The notes under the pieces were generated by a model. It searched no databases, had not been told where the DNA came from, and worked only from the letters and a program-made list of their open reading frames with translations. From Octopus sinensis (lineage: Eukaryota): a stretch of 64,000 nucleotides of DNA. The position numbers and the translations under genes are program-made. Where the stretch lies: contig NC_043009.1 in NCBI RefSeq assembly GCF_006345805.1, positions 70,432,001 through 70,496,000 of the forward strand, read 5' to 3'. Shown in pieces: positions 1 to 14,212 of the stretch (its first letter is position 1; each line of letters opens with the position of its first letter).

Positions 1-1046
1 ATCCGAAAGTCCTAAGATGTAAAGAAAAACATAAGAAACTCTGTTTAATATAGCAGTCTTTCATTGCCGGATTAAGTGTAGCTGTGGGTTATTTACATAA
101 TAATTCCTCTTAAGTACCAAGGAGGTCTACACTCATCAGGAGATTCTCTTGCTGATATTGTTTTGTTTTGTTTTTTCTTTTTGTGGTGATGGTCAAACTT
201 GGGAAGCACGGTGGTGGAAAAAACATCGATGACATGAAAAGGTAAAAGCACAAGTTCCCTTATCCCTTATATTTGGCTTCTTTGCTTGACCAGCTAGTGT
301 TTTGCTTTGGTTTAGCCTTCGTTCAGCCATGGGACACAAGACGGTCAGTGACCTTTCAATCATGACTCTATCCGAGGTTTTCCTCTTATTATTTTTTTAA
401 AATCCTTGTGCTCTACGTGTTCCTCTACTTCGAAAACATTAACTAATAAGGAAGTGTGTTTCCTACTCTCCATGTTCTCAGCTGGTCACGGTTGGAAATC
501 TAGCCGGAAAGACTAATGAAAGCGGAGGAGCCCGGATCCTCCTAGGAATAAGTAAGCGGGGGAAATGGAAGGATGGACAGATGGATTAAGAATTTAGATG
601 TGAGTTACTCTCGTCGGCAGATCAGATCGTCTGGGGAAGTTTATCATAATGTCACATAAAGTGATTTTCAAATTCAATACGAACTTTGTTGCTAAAGATA
701 TTCTGTCTACAGACTGTCGGTATTGATGTGGGGAAAAAAAAACTAAAATAACAAGGGATTACTTGAATAAACATCGGAAGGTATAGAAATCAGAACCGTC
801 TGCTTTGAATAAAACACAGTTTTTTGAAATTAGGATTTGAATAGAAATAATGAACAAAAGTGTATTCCAGGAAAATCATTTCCTTAATAAAGAGTTTCAA
901 TATATAAAAAATATATATAAATTCAGTTTATGTGCGTGTTCTTAGACCTTAAATTGGCTGATTTTCTGCCGATTCGTGAAATAACGGCTCATTCATTCAA
1001 TTTCAAGTCAATGCAAACATTGGACTGCTTTAATCTCGCTGTAAGC

Positions 1047-1049
1047 TAT

Positions 1050-1118
<69 letters not shown>
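1047..1118. repeat. (TA)n microsatellite
   Basis: Direct reading; a few single-base interruptions. Confidence 0.95.
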
Positions 1119-3264
1119 CACATATTTTTGTGTACTTCACACACAAATCTCTTTGATCTGAAGTGGCTACCGTATGATCCTATAGAGGCAGCAGTCCTAT
1201 ATCTGTATTAACGTTATCATTTTACACTTAGGAGTGGTTCAAATATTTCATAATTCCCTCGAGGGGAAGTTAACTGTGCTGTTGATGCTATCATTTCCTC
1301 TGTATATCCGATGGTCTCTTTTATAAAGTAGAATAGTATATTCCTTCACAAAGAACGTAGTTTGCTAGCGGAAATGCTTCATTTGAAAATGCAAATAGCT
1401 CCCCTTCCTCTTCATCTAACAGATCGTGGGACCAGTCACGAATCTACTGGACTTTTTCCTCATAGTTCCACGACCAGCAGTTATTGACCTACTTTCAAAT
1501 ATTGCCTCGACTTTTGCACTAGAAACCCGAATAATATTCACCAACCTAAACCGGCGCTTCATTAGATTGGTTCAAAGATACGTTACCCTTTATCACGATT
1601 TATTGATATCGAAAGTTTAACAAGTTTTTCTTACACAAAAGAAGTAACAGTCTTCCAGGCGTGCCTCACTCAATGTCTTCTGTATGTATGGATTTATGTG
1701 TATCTCTATGCATGAATCTATATAGGTTTGGCTGTATATGTGTGTGTGTGTGTGTGTGTATACATACGGTATGCTTCCCAAAAACATGGAGTAGAGAAAC
1801 AAAACAGCATTCAGATAAAGAAAAAAAATAACGTAAAAATATGACAAAACCGAATAATTGCATATAATTTGGTCATTCTAAGAATACTAGTAGAAGTTTT
1901 AAGTAGGGTCTGCTTGAAACGATGCCATTCTAAAGTAGTGTAAAAACAGAAATTCATATAACACAGAACGTATAACATATATTTTTGTTATTAATTATAT
2001 TTAATGCATTTCATGGCAGGCGTTCAATTTTATTTCGAAAGAGAATTGAATCTGTTCTGTGTGACAGAAGGGAAATCTTCCAAAAGTTAAGAAGTTTCTC
2101 TCTGCTGCTTTAGTATTCGTTTATATACCACCACTAACAATCAAGCCACCCCCCCACTCTCACTCCCTCTAGCCAGTTGTCTAACTCCCACCATTTCTCC
2201 CACATCTCTCTCTTTCTCTCTCTCCCTCTCTTCCTCACCCCCTGCTCTCATTCTATATTTTTCGGTAATAAATGACATTTTGATAGCAAGCAAATTTTGT
2301 CCCTCTGTTGTTTGTAATTCTCTCTTATTTAGTCTGTGAACAAGCTAAGTTAAACACACCTATTACTAAAGAAACTATCAACTTTCTGTCGATAGACATG
2401 CTTCAGTTTTTCTCAATACTAACGTAAATAATCAGCCACACAGACATTTTCCCACACATATGTAGATATGTGTGTGACTGCGCGTGTGCGTGCCTTTGAA
2501 CGTTCGTGTCTGTGAGGGGGTAGGGTGGGGTAGCATTCGTGTTCTTGTTCATTAAATCTTTTATATATGCATATCTCAGTTGAAGCCTAACCTAATAAGT
2601 CAAAGAGACTAATATAGTTATACACAAATTTGTGCGTTGATACACAGATATTTTATAGTTATATACACATACATTGCACATTCTTAAGATATGCGTGACT
2701 ATGTGCTATGAGATACACACATATATACCTACATATCTACTTTAATAAATACATACATGTGCACGGATACACACATAACATTACTTAATGCTGAGTCCAA
2801 GAGTGTCAATATATCGGCCAAGATAGAGTAGAACTTAGGTTGATTCCCAGCTTTGGAACATACTGTTGGACACATGAACAACTCATTAAAAACCTCTATA
2901 GTCGAGTTACTCCTTTATTCCAAATGTAAATTCAGAAATTAATTCACGGTATGTGGAAATTGGGTTCCATTTTCCGTAGTATTCACGCGTCGCTAGTTCT
3001 TTTCTTTGATTTATTGCTTATAGCTTTCAATATAACACACACACACACACACACATACGTATGTGTGTGTGTGTGTATTTTAATATAATCTAGAGAAAGT
3101 TACAAAATATTTAATGTTTCGTAGGAGCATTTACGTCCACATATGCCTATGAATAGAGACAGGGTGAGATAAATTCAAAAGTAATTGTAAAATGGCTGTA
3201 AGTGAATTTATTTGTACCCGTCGTTGGTCTGCTTAGATCTGGCGTCAGTTAATCGGCAACATAC

Positions 3265-3687
3265 CAGCATGGCTCCTTCGTCACAAAAAGTTAATGCCGA
3301 AAATAACCTGAAAAATAAATCTATTTATGCTGGGTACTACAATCATGCTTTAGAATCCTGCCTCACAGTTTTTGGGCTTGCTCTTACTTTGGTCCATGCA
3401 CTTTTTGTTGTAAACTCCGCCAGTTTGTAAGAATTCTACAATTACCAAACTCTCCAGTTCATTTCAGAGTTGTGATACTTGTATTTAAAGATGCATACTA
3501 GAAAATATAACTGCTCATTATCTCTTGGAATTATTGTCGGTAAAGGAATGTGTTTTTTGACACATTTTCCTATGCACAACATTTCCACCATGAAATCCAT
3601 ACACTGTGTTACTGGCGAATTCCTTCTCGTAGCTTGATTTTACCTTTATGCTATCGTGTTTACTTTCATGTGGAATTTTATTGGGAC
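3265..3687 (-). CDS. Candidate cluster of three small exons (3687-3644, 3435-3388, from 3307) of an unidentified gene
   Basis: Canonical AG/GT sites (ttgcag/gtaaaa, ttgtag/gtaaga, ttttcag/gtatgt) with 208- and 80-nt introns. Phase-compatible readings PNKIPHESKHDSIK-NSYKLAEFTTKSAWTK-VIFGINFL* or ILTNWRSLQQKVHGPK-LFSALTFCDEGAML; no recognised homology. Confidence 0.25.
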
Positions 3688-4932
3688 CTGCAATTTAATC
3701 GTAGTTTAGATAAACTCATTTAGTTTTCAGTTTGTGCATGAGGACATTGCTCAGCTTTCGGTGATAAATATTAATCAAGTTTCTGGAATATCAAGTCAAT
3801 GACCTCTTTTTCCATTTTGTTTTCTTTCATCTCTTGCTATCCTGTCATAACCAGTTTTATGCATTTCAATGATATGACCGAAACATATGTAGGAAAGTTT
3901 TGAAAATATTTCGCAGGATTAACACCAATGCTCAAATGTATATTATTTTTCCGGTTGTATTTTCTACACGCCAGCACAGTGGTTTGTAGAAGAAGACGAT
4001 AATAATTACGCTGGACGTAGTATGAAAACTTTGGTTTCAAATAGGAGAGAAAATTGACAAAATATTTCACACTTTGATTTAGCGCATTGAGCAAGAAGAG
4101 GTTTCCTTAAATGCGAAAGTTGACTTTGGTGAAAAATTTCATAAAAATGGTCATTGTAAACTGTATTGTAAAGGAAAAAAAAAACATCTCAGATATTTGT
4201 TTCGTACAATAATTTCAAAAACCTGTTTTGCTAGAAAAAAGGTTGTCAACATATTTTAATGGAAGAAAGATAAGGAACTTTTGGGACTCCGTCAACTAGG
4301 CTGACCCTCATTGTGTGACTAGTCGAAAAAGAGTTGTTCAATATTGTAGAAACTAACGGCTAGAGAATATTTTGAATTAACCTTTTGTTTTAATACAATG
4401 CATTCCATCAAGTCGTACAAGAGAACGAAGTTAACAGGTCTAATTTCAGACTGATGAAACATATGACGATCCCTTCCTCTCAAGTTCATTCATATGATGC
4501 ATGAGGCAGGCACTTGAGTTTGAATCTGTGTTGTTTGCTGTTGTCTGTTGAGAGAATTTGTTAGGAAGGTCAGGAGACAAACCCACGCGTTGTGTCAATG
4601 AATCATCATCTTACATACTCTTGAAGATTCTAAATTGTTATGGCGTCAAGAAAATACAATTCTTTCTGGTAAGAAAATAGTTTCCAAAATGAACAGAGAA
4701 ACCCAGAGGTTATCCTTAGCTCATCGGTAAATGTCATGTATACAGATAATTTGGGCCCAAGTCCCATCGGCAATCTTCAAATCTTTTAAATCAATATTTA
4801 TATGCTACAATTAGTTAGAGCTTTATCTACGTGGAGGTCAACAGTGACAAATGAATTAATGCTCTTTCAAAGTTTCAAAATTTTTATTACGTAAACAATA
4901 TCTCTGTGTGTGTGCGTACATCTAGCTAGCTA

Positions 4933-4942
4933 TCTCTCTCCA

Positions 4943-5010
<68 letters not shown>

Positions 5011-5030
5011 ATATATATATATATAAAATA
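4933..5030. repeat. Compound (CT)n(TA)n microsatellite
   Basis: Direct reading. Confidence 0.95.
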
Positions 5031-5034
5031 TACA

Positions 5035-5175
5035 GGTGAACACATAAATGTAAAACAAGGTGGAAAATTAGCACTCGAATACCAAATGTGGAGTATTCAT
5101 CACAACTGTTCGACGAATAGGAACGTGAAACTCTGAGTAACAGTTCTGCGTTAATTTTGCAGCTTTAATGAAATA
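5035..5175. mobile_element. Penelope-like terminus fragment with an internal inversion and a degenerate hammerhead motif (5104-5145, +)
   Basis: cacataaatgt..aacaaggtggaaaa matches 55930-55960. AACTGT-tcgacga-ataggaacgt-GAAA-CTCTGAG-TA-ACAGTT matches the hammerhead at 56123-56160, but the core CUGAUGA is mutated. Confidence 0.7.
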
Positions 5176-6499
5176 TATATGCACAAGAAGTTTTGTACAC
5201 TTTGCTATCCATTCTAATAAGCTTGCAAAGTACTGTCCAATGAAGATTATATCAGAAAAAAAAGAGGGAAAATATTGAACCTGAGAAAATGTGTTTTCGA
5301 AGCGAACTTTTTTCGCAACACTTGAATTTTTATTTTGAGATTTTAGGTTCGGTGAATCGTCGATAACATTGTATCGTCTTCTTAATCGTTTCTTTGAATT
5401 TTACTTAAGTCGGTCTGTGAATGTCAGGAGTCATTCTCTAAGTCTGTAAGTTTTCGCGAAAATCGATGGTATCATGAATGACATTTAATGAAGATTTAGG
5501 TAGTTTCATATTTCGAAATTGAATCTTACCAGAGCACATTTTAAATATTTTACGAGCTGGTAAATTTATACGAATGAGAACAAGACATATAATCCAATAA
5601 CGACATCTCTTTATTGGTATTTAAATGAACAAAAGTTGTAAAGAAACGAGAAAATCATGTTCAAGAATGCTGTAACAAACTTCTGTAACGTACTGCCATG
5701 ATAATTGATTTTAATCCGCCACTTGGTGGACATACAGTGGAAATAGTTGTCTTTAGCAAATCTTACTTTGTAGCAAGCATTTCGTCTAGGCCTCCGGTCT
5801 AAGGACGACTGCATTGCTCTCACACCCAAGTCACACAACCCTAGTAAAAGAGCATGGACGCTGCCCCTTCTCCGACGACATCATCTGAAGAAAATTTGAG
5901 AACAAATAGATCTATGTTATTCTTTGTAAGATTCTTGTCAGAATATTCCTAGGACCATGTATTTTAATTATTTCCCGATTTAAGGTATATAGGCCTAATG
6001 ACTAAATTTTATTTCTAGCTTGTAGAGCAGCCGCTTACCTTCGTTACTTTACTGCTGGACATCTATTTGGAGGATTAAGTTCAGGTACACTTGGTTAAAC
6101 ACACCTGAGATTCACGCTTCAAAAACTACTCGAAATAAGTATTTTTACTCCATTTGTTTAAAACGAAATTAATCTTAATCAGTTATACTAATTCTTCAAA
6201 AAAGTCCAATTTCTGACAATCAAATTTTTGTGTTAAGAAACTAACTACTGGAGAGTTAAGAAGCAATGCTGGGAGCGTTACTCTCGCTGACGGACCTAAG
6301 AATCGGAAACGCTTACAGCTGTTTGCTTTTTCTTAAAGAATGCCAGATAATCACCAATATTATTTCATAATCATCGTAATTAAATAGTATTGATAATCAA
6401 AGCGTTAGATATGATGATTCCTGCAGTTTCCCTTATTTAGAGAAGAGTTTCACCGTTTACACAATTCAGTTAAGAGAAAAGGTCGCTATCAGTAGAGGA

Positions 6500-7515
6500 A
6501 ACATAGTGGTCAGTTAACGAAGTCGAGTGATTACGTTTACTGGGCCATTTAATAAAGTATATTGTAAGTTTAATAAACATATATAGGTCAGTTAATGAAA
6601 CACTGGTGCAATGTAGTGGTGATTTAAGAGACTATGTTGATACATAATTAGTAAATGAAAAACTGGTCATTTAATAAAATATTTCTGTCATTCGAGGAAA
6701 TATAATGGTCCTTTAACGGAACTTTCAAGTCATTTTATGATGTCTACTGGTCTTATACTGATATATATTGATATTTATAAAATATAATGGTAAATAAATG
6801 CAACACATTGGTCTATGGCGGAAATATACTTGTCACTTAATAACCCGGCGTAGGTTATGTTTGATGCTTTTATGAGAATATAGGCTTTCCATGTTGTTTC
6901 GAGTAATCTCAGAATCGATCTTCTTCCTCCAAGTTTTGCTCTGAGCCCCTGCAACGTCCGCTGTTTGCCCAACAATAAATGCAGGTATTTGGACCTGTCA
7001 ACTGCGTCGGGATTGCAAGGAATTGTAGAGTAAACCTGGCCTCATTCCGTGTCTGCCATAGTTTTAAAATGTCTGGTGCTCATCTCTGCTTCAAATACGT
7101 GAGTGACACGACAAACTTTATTCATCAGTCTCTGGAACCCCTCCAGTCACATAAAGTCCAATAAAATGTAATCAGTATACGGAACGATTTTGACCCCTGC
7201 TGCTGGTGCATGCACCTATTGAGCCGAGATCAACGGAAAACTGCAACGTGCGATGGTGGATTATGTCGCAGGTCATTTCTATAATCAATGAACACCATGG
7301 TTATCGAATATTATTGAATATATTGGCTATTTAATGACTTATACCGGTTCTGAATAAACTAGATAGGTCAGGCTGAGGAAATATAGTGGTCTTTAACGAA
7401 GACAACTATGCATTAAGTGAAATGCTGTGGGGATTTCTGAAAATGTAATGGTCAGTTTATAAACTGTGCTGGTCAGTTGATGAAGTAGAAGGTCAGCAAG
7501 AGATAGGTCCGATAG
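6500..7515. repeat. Degenerate minisatellite (tggtcagttaatgaa-like unit) in two blocks, ~6500-6760 and ~7360-7515
   Basis: Recurring (a/g)tggtc(a/c)(g/t)ttaa(c/t)(g/a)aa motif every ~25-45 nt on both sides of an unrelated ~600-nt insert. Confidence 0.55.
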
Positions 7516-9220
7516 TTTAGGACTTCGTTTACTCAACTGGTGTAAACATCTCGTAACATGTAACGGTTGATTTGAAGGAATCAAACACGCAACTCTCTTT
7601 CTACTCTTTATATGGAAATTATAGATGTCTTTATGTTGCCCATCTGTTGATTTTAATTGCGTCCAAAAGCAATTTATGTTTGCGGCAAATAGAGACTAAT
7701 AAAACTAGTACAACTGAAATCGGTTCTTGGCATGGCACAAATATAACCACCTATAATTCTGGAAGTCATATATCAGTAGGACCGTAGTCTTTTGACTGTA
7801 GGCAGAAAACGAAAGAAGGTGAATGATTCGGGGGAAAATAGGAGGTGTGGCTCTTGTGCAGTTTATTCTGAATGTGTAATTGTAAGTCAAATAGCTTTCA
7901 AAGTACAAAAACTAGCAAAACCTATGCGATATAATCGTTCATTTTCAAGAAATAGCAACCAGATCCCCGTCAAATGAAGGCTTGTCATAAAAAGAAGTTT
8001 ACATTAGGTAGCTGCCCTGGATATGCTACGTTTGAAAAGAAAAACACAACACGATGGTTTTGACTGGAAAACAATTAGCAGAAAAAATGCTCGATCGGGT
8101 TTAACATGAGATTACATACTAAGTACCTCAATCAATGATTAACATTGCATACTTGTCAAATTAAATTACCGTATTTGTACCTAATTAATTTAACGACTTG
8201 ATCAATTTAATGATTGAATAAATTAAGCGAAATAAAGTAAAGGAATGGAAACATGCTCTAAATAAACAATTTATTATCCAATTCATCTCTAAATTTCCAA
8301 CTTGTTGAAATAATTGCCTGAATTAATATTAATTACTTACGTAAACGAGATTTTTTTTCTTCGTTCAATGTGTCCCAGCCGACAACAAAAGAAGTTATTT
8401 CTCCATCAATACCACATCAATAAGAGAAACAAATCACTTTTTACTTCTCTAGCTTTCCACTTCTCCAGTTGTTTCACTGTTAAACGATTAATTACATATA
8501 GTTGTGCTTTTTGCTTTACAAGAGTTCAGATCTGAGCGAGAAAACTTCTAATCGGAAAGCGTTCTATATGCAATTCTCCTTTTTACATTGATTAAAGCAT
8601 AGAATATATCCGAGAATCGTTTCTGAAATGATTTCGTTTGATTGAAAGCAAATATGGAGGCTACCAAATACACGCTTAGACTTGAGCTAGAATAGTTAAA
8701 CAAATCAAGACAATTCAAATGACTCGTAACATACACTTGTCTTTCCCTAGCGTTGAGCCACTGTCTGTCATTTCAAATATATTTCAGAGTAACTTCTGTT
8801 TCCCCAAATATGATTTAACTTGAGTTTCATGTCTTAGAGAGTGAGCTGTTTTGATCAATTTCAACAGGGCTGTTGTTGTGTAGGAATTCATATTAAATGT
8901 GTCAAGCATCTTACTTCACATTGTAGTAGTGGATATGTTCTTTCAGAGATGAACCTACCAAGGGATCTAGCGTACATATCGTTTCTTACACGTTCTCCTA
9001 CGTTACTTAGGCAATGTTTTTTCTGGTTGCAAACTCTAAATTGTCATTTATTGATTTTCTGGCTGTGAAAATAGATAACAATAATTCTTAACAGTTAAAG
9101 GAGGGCATGGAATGGGGAAGTATGAACACCGCAGACAGAAACGGGATGTAAGCATATCCAAAAAACAAGTTTTCGGCAATTCATTCCAAACACTATTAAA
9201 TGCATTCTTTTATTATTTAA

Positions 9221-9263
9221 TTTGTTTCAGTAGTTTGACTGCGGCCATGCTGGAGCACCGCCT
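9221..9263 (-). mobile_element. SINE 3' tail fragment
   Basis: tttgtttcag..tttgactgcggccatgctggagcaccgcct, same motif as the full SINE at 49330-49752. Confidence 0.85.
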
Positions 9264-10561
9264 TATATATGTATATAGAATAAACTCCTCAAAGATGAAT
9301 TTAAGCTGTAATTTTAACGGTATGTGATATGTAAGTGTGTTTATTGATATCAAGATTGTTTAGAGATGGAAAAATTTAATGGAGTCACTTATGTCGTAAA
9401 TGAATGTAGGATTAATGGAATGTATGGTATACGGATGTTTGGTGCAATGGGAGATGTGTTGTAACCATACTCGTAACGGAGGGTTATTGGTAAATTATAA
9501 TGTACCGTGTTTATGTGCCGTTTGTATAAAGTGTCATTTGCGATGTAATAGTGTTTAGGATTCAATGGTCTTCACGATTCCAAAGTATATCTTTGTATGT
9601 ATAATGTTATATTACTTATAACGTCAGTATCTATATCTGATTTCGTTTCACAATTTATGAGATAACATTACACGGAGAAGTAATAAATAATAATGGCGAC
9701 AGCTGTGTATAACTGGAAATAATTTAATATTATTACAAGGATACTATAGGATATTAGAAAAACTATTTCATTTAGCATGGAGTAAATGGTGACAAAAAAA
9801 TGAACGTGCCGTTGAGATGCAAATATCGTTAATAAAGGAACGATGATTGCCATCACGTAGATGATAAATAGCTCTACCTGTCGATCAAACCAACTCGGTT
9901 CTTGATGGTAGTTATTTCACTTAACATAAACGCATTGAACACAAGCATTAACTCGGCAATTGGAATTTACCTCAATAATCATTAGGTGAAGGATGTATCA
10001 GATAAGAGCTAATTTTTACATTTCTTTTTTATTGAATCATAAGTTGTAATAGGCTCTGTGAGTAATGCTGTTTCATACATTCATTTGAGTCTTTCCAGAT
10101 GTATCCAACATATATATGCTATACGAAGATACAGATTTATATAGAGTTCATAGATTAATTGTACTCATATTAGGTTGCACACACATACACACACACGCAC
10201 ACACATATAAACATACATTTACGTTTCGCTTAAACACAGTGATAATAATAATCTGATGTTAGAATTCAATATAGATATGCGTCAGAATAACATGTCACTC
10301 GAATACGGAGCATATGAAATTAAATAAACGACAAAAAGAAACGATGCAATTAACTTCGTTAGCTGAAAGCTGTTCTTACAATAGGATGCGGAAACAGTTG
10401 TAAGCTTATAAAGTTCATTACATAATTTCCTGTTCTTTTGTCATTATGTTTCTCTCTCTCACCCTCTCACTCTCTCTTTCTCTATATATATATGTGTATA
10501 TGTGTGTCACGTATGGTGTGGGCGGAGGTGTATATCTGTGTGTATACATATACATACACAC

Positions 10562-10600
<39 letters not shown>

Positions 10601-11049
10601 AGAGAGAGAGAGAGATTCACAAACAAGCACACGCATACATACACGCATGTATACATACATGAACACAGATACACGCTGTCATAATGTACATGTCAATGTG
10701 TGCGTGTATATATAACTATATCTCAATGTGTAAGTGCAAGTGAGCCTATTTACAGGTGTTTGTTACCTTGAAAACGAAACCAGATTTAAATGAATAAATC
10801 CCGGCTGACAACCGAATGTGTTACTGAAATTATGTCGGTTGCAGCATGACTTTTCTTTTTTTAAACGGCTGATATTGCAAACTGATATCAAATTAACCTG
10901 ATACTTCCACCTCTAGAATTTAAATAAGAGTATTAATTGAATGCTTCTCCAGTTTTCTGCTTTTTTTCTAATTACCGAACACACCTTCGCTCTGACACAT
11001 TAAACTGATCACATTAATTATTTTGTATTTCTGTTAGAAACGGGGTTAA

Positions 11050-12100
11050 TTATTTTCAAGACTATGTAGGTGAAGGATTCAACTTCTTGTAACTGTCTAT
11101 TTTCCAAATTAGATTGTCTGCGAGTTGGTTTCCTGTTATGGATATTTGAATTTAATGTCTGAGAGCCACGTGTCGAGCATATCAACTTTGTCAAGGCAAG
11201 ACAATAGTCTTGTCTGTAAGACCGCTGCGCACTTTCTCGTGCAATGTTAAGTTTTCCTAGGATGCTGTGACATGATAATTTTGTCCGATTTACAGATCAC
11301 TGCGTTTCCTATCATCCGGATCTATTTCATGGATATTCTACTAAAACCAGAGGCAGTGGACTATAACTAAACGAAAACGTCATCAGGAACATTGTGAAAG
11401 TGCAAGCAAGCAACAATAGTAATCTCCAGTGTTCGATCTAATATTCTGCTGTTTCTAAGCGACTCACCCTTCATTCGTTTTCTTTATTGTAATTCAATAC
11501 ATTTGTTGTCACAACTAATTTAACCATGAGTAAACCTTCGATTAAATGTAATCCGATGGTGCCTATTATGTCTTGTGTTCAAACTTAATGTATCAAGTAA
11601 AACGTTGTGAAATATAGACACTTTCAAGGCAAAAAGAAATGATTCAAAGAATATCTGGTAAGTAATCCTCGTGGGCCAACTTAAGCCGGGGAAACTACCA
11701 CGCTTATCCCCCTTTGTTCCGTTTTGTGAGTAATAAGAAGCATTGTTGCAGTTGACGCTTCGTGCATGATTTAGTCTTCACACAACAGAATTAGGATTGA
11801 CGATATTCCAGCCGTTTTGTCCCCATAGAGGATCATCTTATCTAATGTGACTTCCCATAATGTTAAGGCAATACGCTTCAGATTTAGCAAATCGAGTGAC
11901 CAAGCAGATGTTTCTGCGTGTTCCTGCTGCAAACTGGAGAGACATTTTCCAAGGGTTTTGCATTGGAGTCTTGTGTCTTGCGCGAGTAAATTGGCTGATC
12001 ACTATCAGGCCTACAAAATGGCGAGAAACCTCACCAATCATAGAATGCTTGAAATGTTTAAGATATCGATTATTGTCGTTATTTATCTCCAAATCAATCA
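11050..12100 (-). mobile_element. Highly decayed RTE-like reverse transcriptase remnant
   Basis: Minus-strand peptides LENRQLQEVESFTYIV (like I.G..LE.V.SFTYLG) and AYCLNIMGSHIR (like GISLLSIAGKI); many stops. Confidence 0.3.
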
Positions 12101-12666
12101 TAATACAGCTCTAGTCAAAACAATCCGTTGTCTTCTTTTTTTTTTGTTTTTTGCTTTCCTTGTTTCTGCAGACATGGTACGACTTGTACTAAAATTTCCA
12201 ACCAGTTTTTCTCTTTTTAAGACAACAGGGTAAGACCGCCTTCTGAGATTACTTTGTTTGTTAGAACAGTAGAGATTATATAACTACAGAAAGCTTTAAT
12301 ACGTCATGCGATAAATGCATTAGTTCTAAGGAAAGCAGAATGGAAATGAAATCATATTAAACGTTGCTCTGTCCGTTTCAATTCGTTATCAGATCAGCAC
12401 ATGTTTTCGCGTGATCTCTTCGGGTTTACAGAACTGTAAGGAAATTTTAGTCGGCGTATTTAGTAAGAAGAGAAGCAGAATAGCAAGGAAAGTGAGTCAT
12501 ATGAAAATAGCACAGAGTCATAGACACAATACGATCCCATAAAGACTCTGCTCCTTTGAATTCTTCGCGAGTCAAACGGGCACTAGTCCACTTGTTACTA
12601 GAAGACCAATATACTGCGATTTTAAACTACTACTACGTCTATTATTGGCCAACAAATAATATTTAC

Positions 12667-12908
12667 TGTCTTCCAATATTATTTCATACTCATCATATTT
12701 CAAACTCGTGTAGTTATATTTCATGTTGAGATCATTAGAAGTAATTACATTCGTGACCAATTCATTAAATATGCAAATGCCAAATTCGTAAGTGAAATAA
12801 GTCCTCGATTCGTTATTAATCATCTTAGAAACGAGATAGGTTAAAAAATAAATATACACGAGGCAAAAATATCTGTTATATCTCCCTGAAGCATTTAAAG
12901 AAATGATA

Positions 12909-12967
<59 letters not shown>

Positions 12968-13176
12968 TCATTAATCGAGCTATTCACACATTTTATATAG
13001 TCATGTTTCTTGTTTAGTCACCTGCCATATTTCAACAAGTAAACCTGTGATTAAAATGCTTTCAGCGTAGACTTGAGCCGTCACCCAATTTACCAACACT
13101 ACCGGCTCCATGTATTGCTTTTGTAGAAAGTATTCTGTTGCAAGTATTTGGATCGGATCGTCAGGAATCCTTCGCC
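12667..13176 (-). CDS. Candidate exon pair (13176-13022 and 12823-12667) of an unidentified gene
   Basis: ctttttag/gtgact and tttctaag/gtaaat sites, phase-compatible, open frames RRIPDDPIQILATEYFLQKQYMEP... and MINNESRTYFTYEFGICIFNEL...; no confirmed homology. Confidence 0.22.
12909..12969. repeat. (TTTC)n microsatellite
   Basis: Direct reading. Confidence 0.95.
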
Positions 13177-13581
13177 CTAAAAAGATGTATCTTTGTATTC
13201 CTGCTATAGCTATATAATTAATAAATTCTTTACCTTGTTTCCAGTCGTAATTTACTTTAGAATATATTTATCCACTGTCTCGTACTTTTTACTTGAAAAG
13301 TAGAATGTCATTTTCAGGGAATATAAATACCATTTCTAATAGCTTTATCGACTATGTTGAATCTTCTACGATAACCTGATCTCTTAAATAACAAATATTC
13401 AGGTGCCTTCATCTTCCAGTAGAGTAGTCTCTGCAAAGTTTCTGTCATGTAAACTCAATTATTTAGCTAAACTATAATAAAGCAATATTCTGCAATTGAA
13501 AAGGAATTTGTGGTGAATGCTTTAGGGAACGTATTTCACATTTTAGAGATAACTATCATAATGCGGTGGTGTTATATATAT

Positions 13582-13627
<46 letters not shown>

Positions 13628-13665
13628 CGTGTGTATATATATATATATAATATATATATATATAT

Positions 13666-13786
13666 AAGCGGGATGACCACTAAGTGGACATCCATCATGC
13701 TAGAAGCCGACCCCCTTTCTTAATGGTAAGACCATAGGGGGTCGACTTCTAGCTTAATGGATGTCTACTTAGTGGTCATCCCTCTT
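13666..13786. mobile_element. Short foldback / MITE-like element with ~50-bp imperfect inverted arms
   Basis: gggatgaccactaagtggacatccat..ctagaagccgaccccct (13670-13716) pairs with agggggtcgacttctag..atggatgtctacttagtggtcatccc (13736-13782); TA-rich flanks. Confidence 0.8.
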
Positions 13787-14146
13787 ATATGCATGCAATT
13801 TTTTATTCTTATTATTTTAAATTTAAATTTAAATAACTATGTTCTCTAACCGGCAAAATGTTCTGCAGAATTATTTCCGGTATTTTGGCGAGCCAAAACA
13901 AAGAAAATGTAATTGGTGGAACTATATACGTGTTAAATCTCATGCGGACGTCACGTGTATAATTCTGCAAATTGTATTTTGCTATGCCGATCACACTGAC
14001 GACTTGCGGACATCTACGTAAGTATGACGTAAGTGGAAGCAACGAAATCGGGTTTGTGATTAATCGGTATATTTTGTATCTTTTCATTTGTCTTGCTCGC
14101 TTACGTTCTGGCGTTTGCTAAAATTTTCTTGAAAAGATTCCATTGT

Positions 14147-14212
14147 TAGTGGTAAGACCATAGCAGGTCGACTTCTAGCATAATGGATATCCACTTAGTG
14201 GACATTCCTATT
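14147..14212. mobile_element. Second copy of the right arm of the 13.7-kb foldback
   Basis: ggtaagaccatag..gtcgacttctagcataatggatatccacttagtggacattcc matches 13725-13782. Confidence 0.8.

Noticed and set aside
1426-1620. Plus-strand ORF behind a good acceptor (ctaacag); similar plus-strand exon candidates at 7801, 41206, 41279 and 51031
   Set aside because: No recognisable homology or consistent chain; such sites are common in AT-rich DNA
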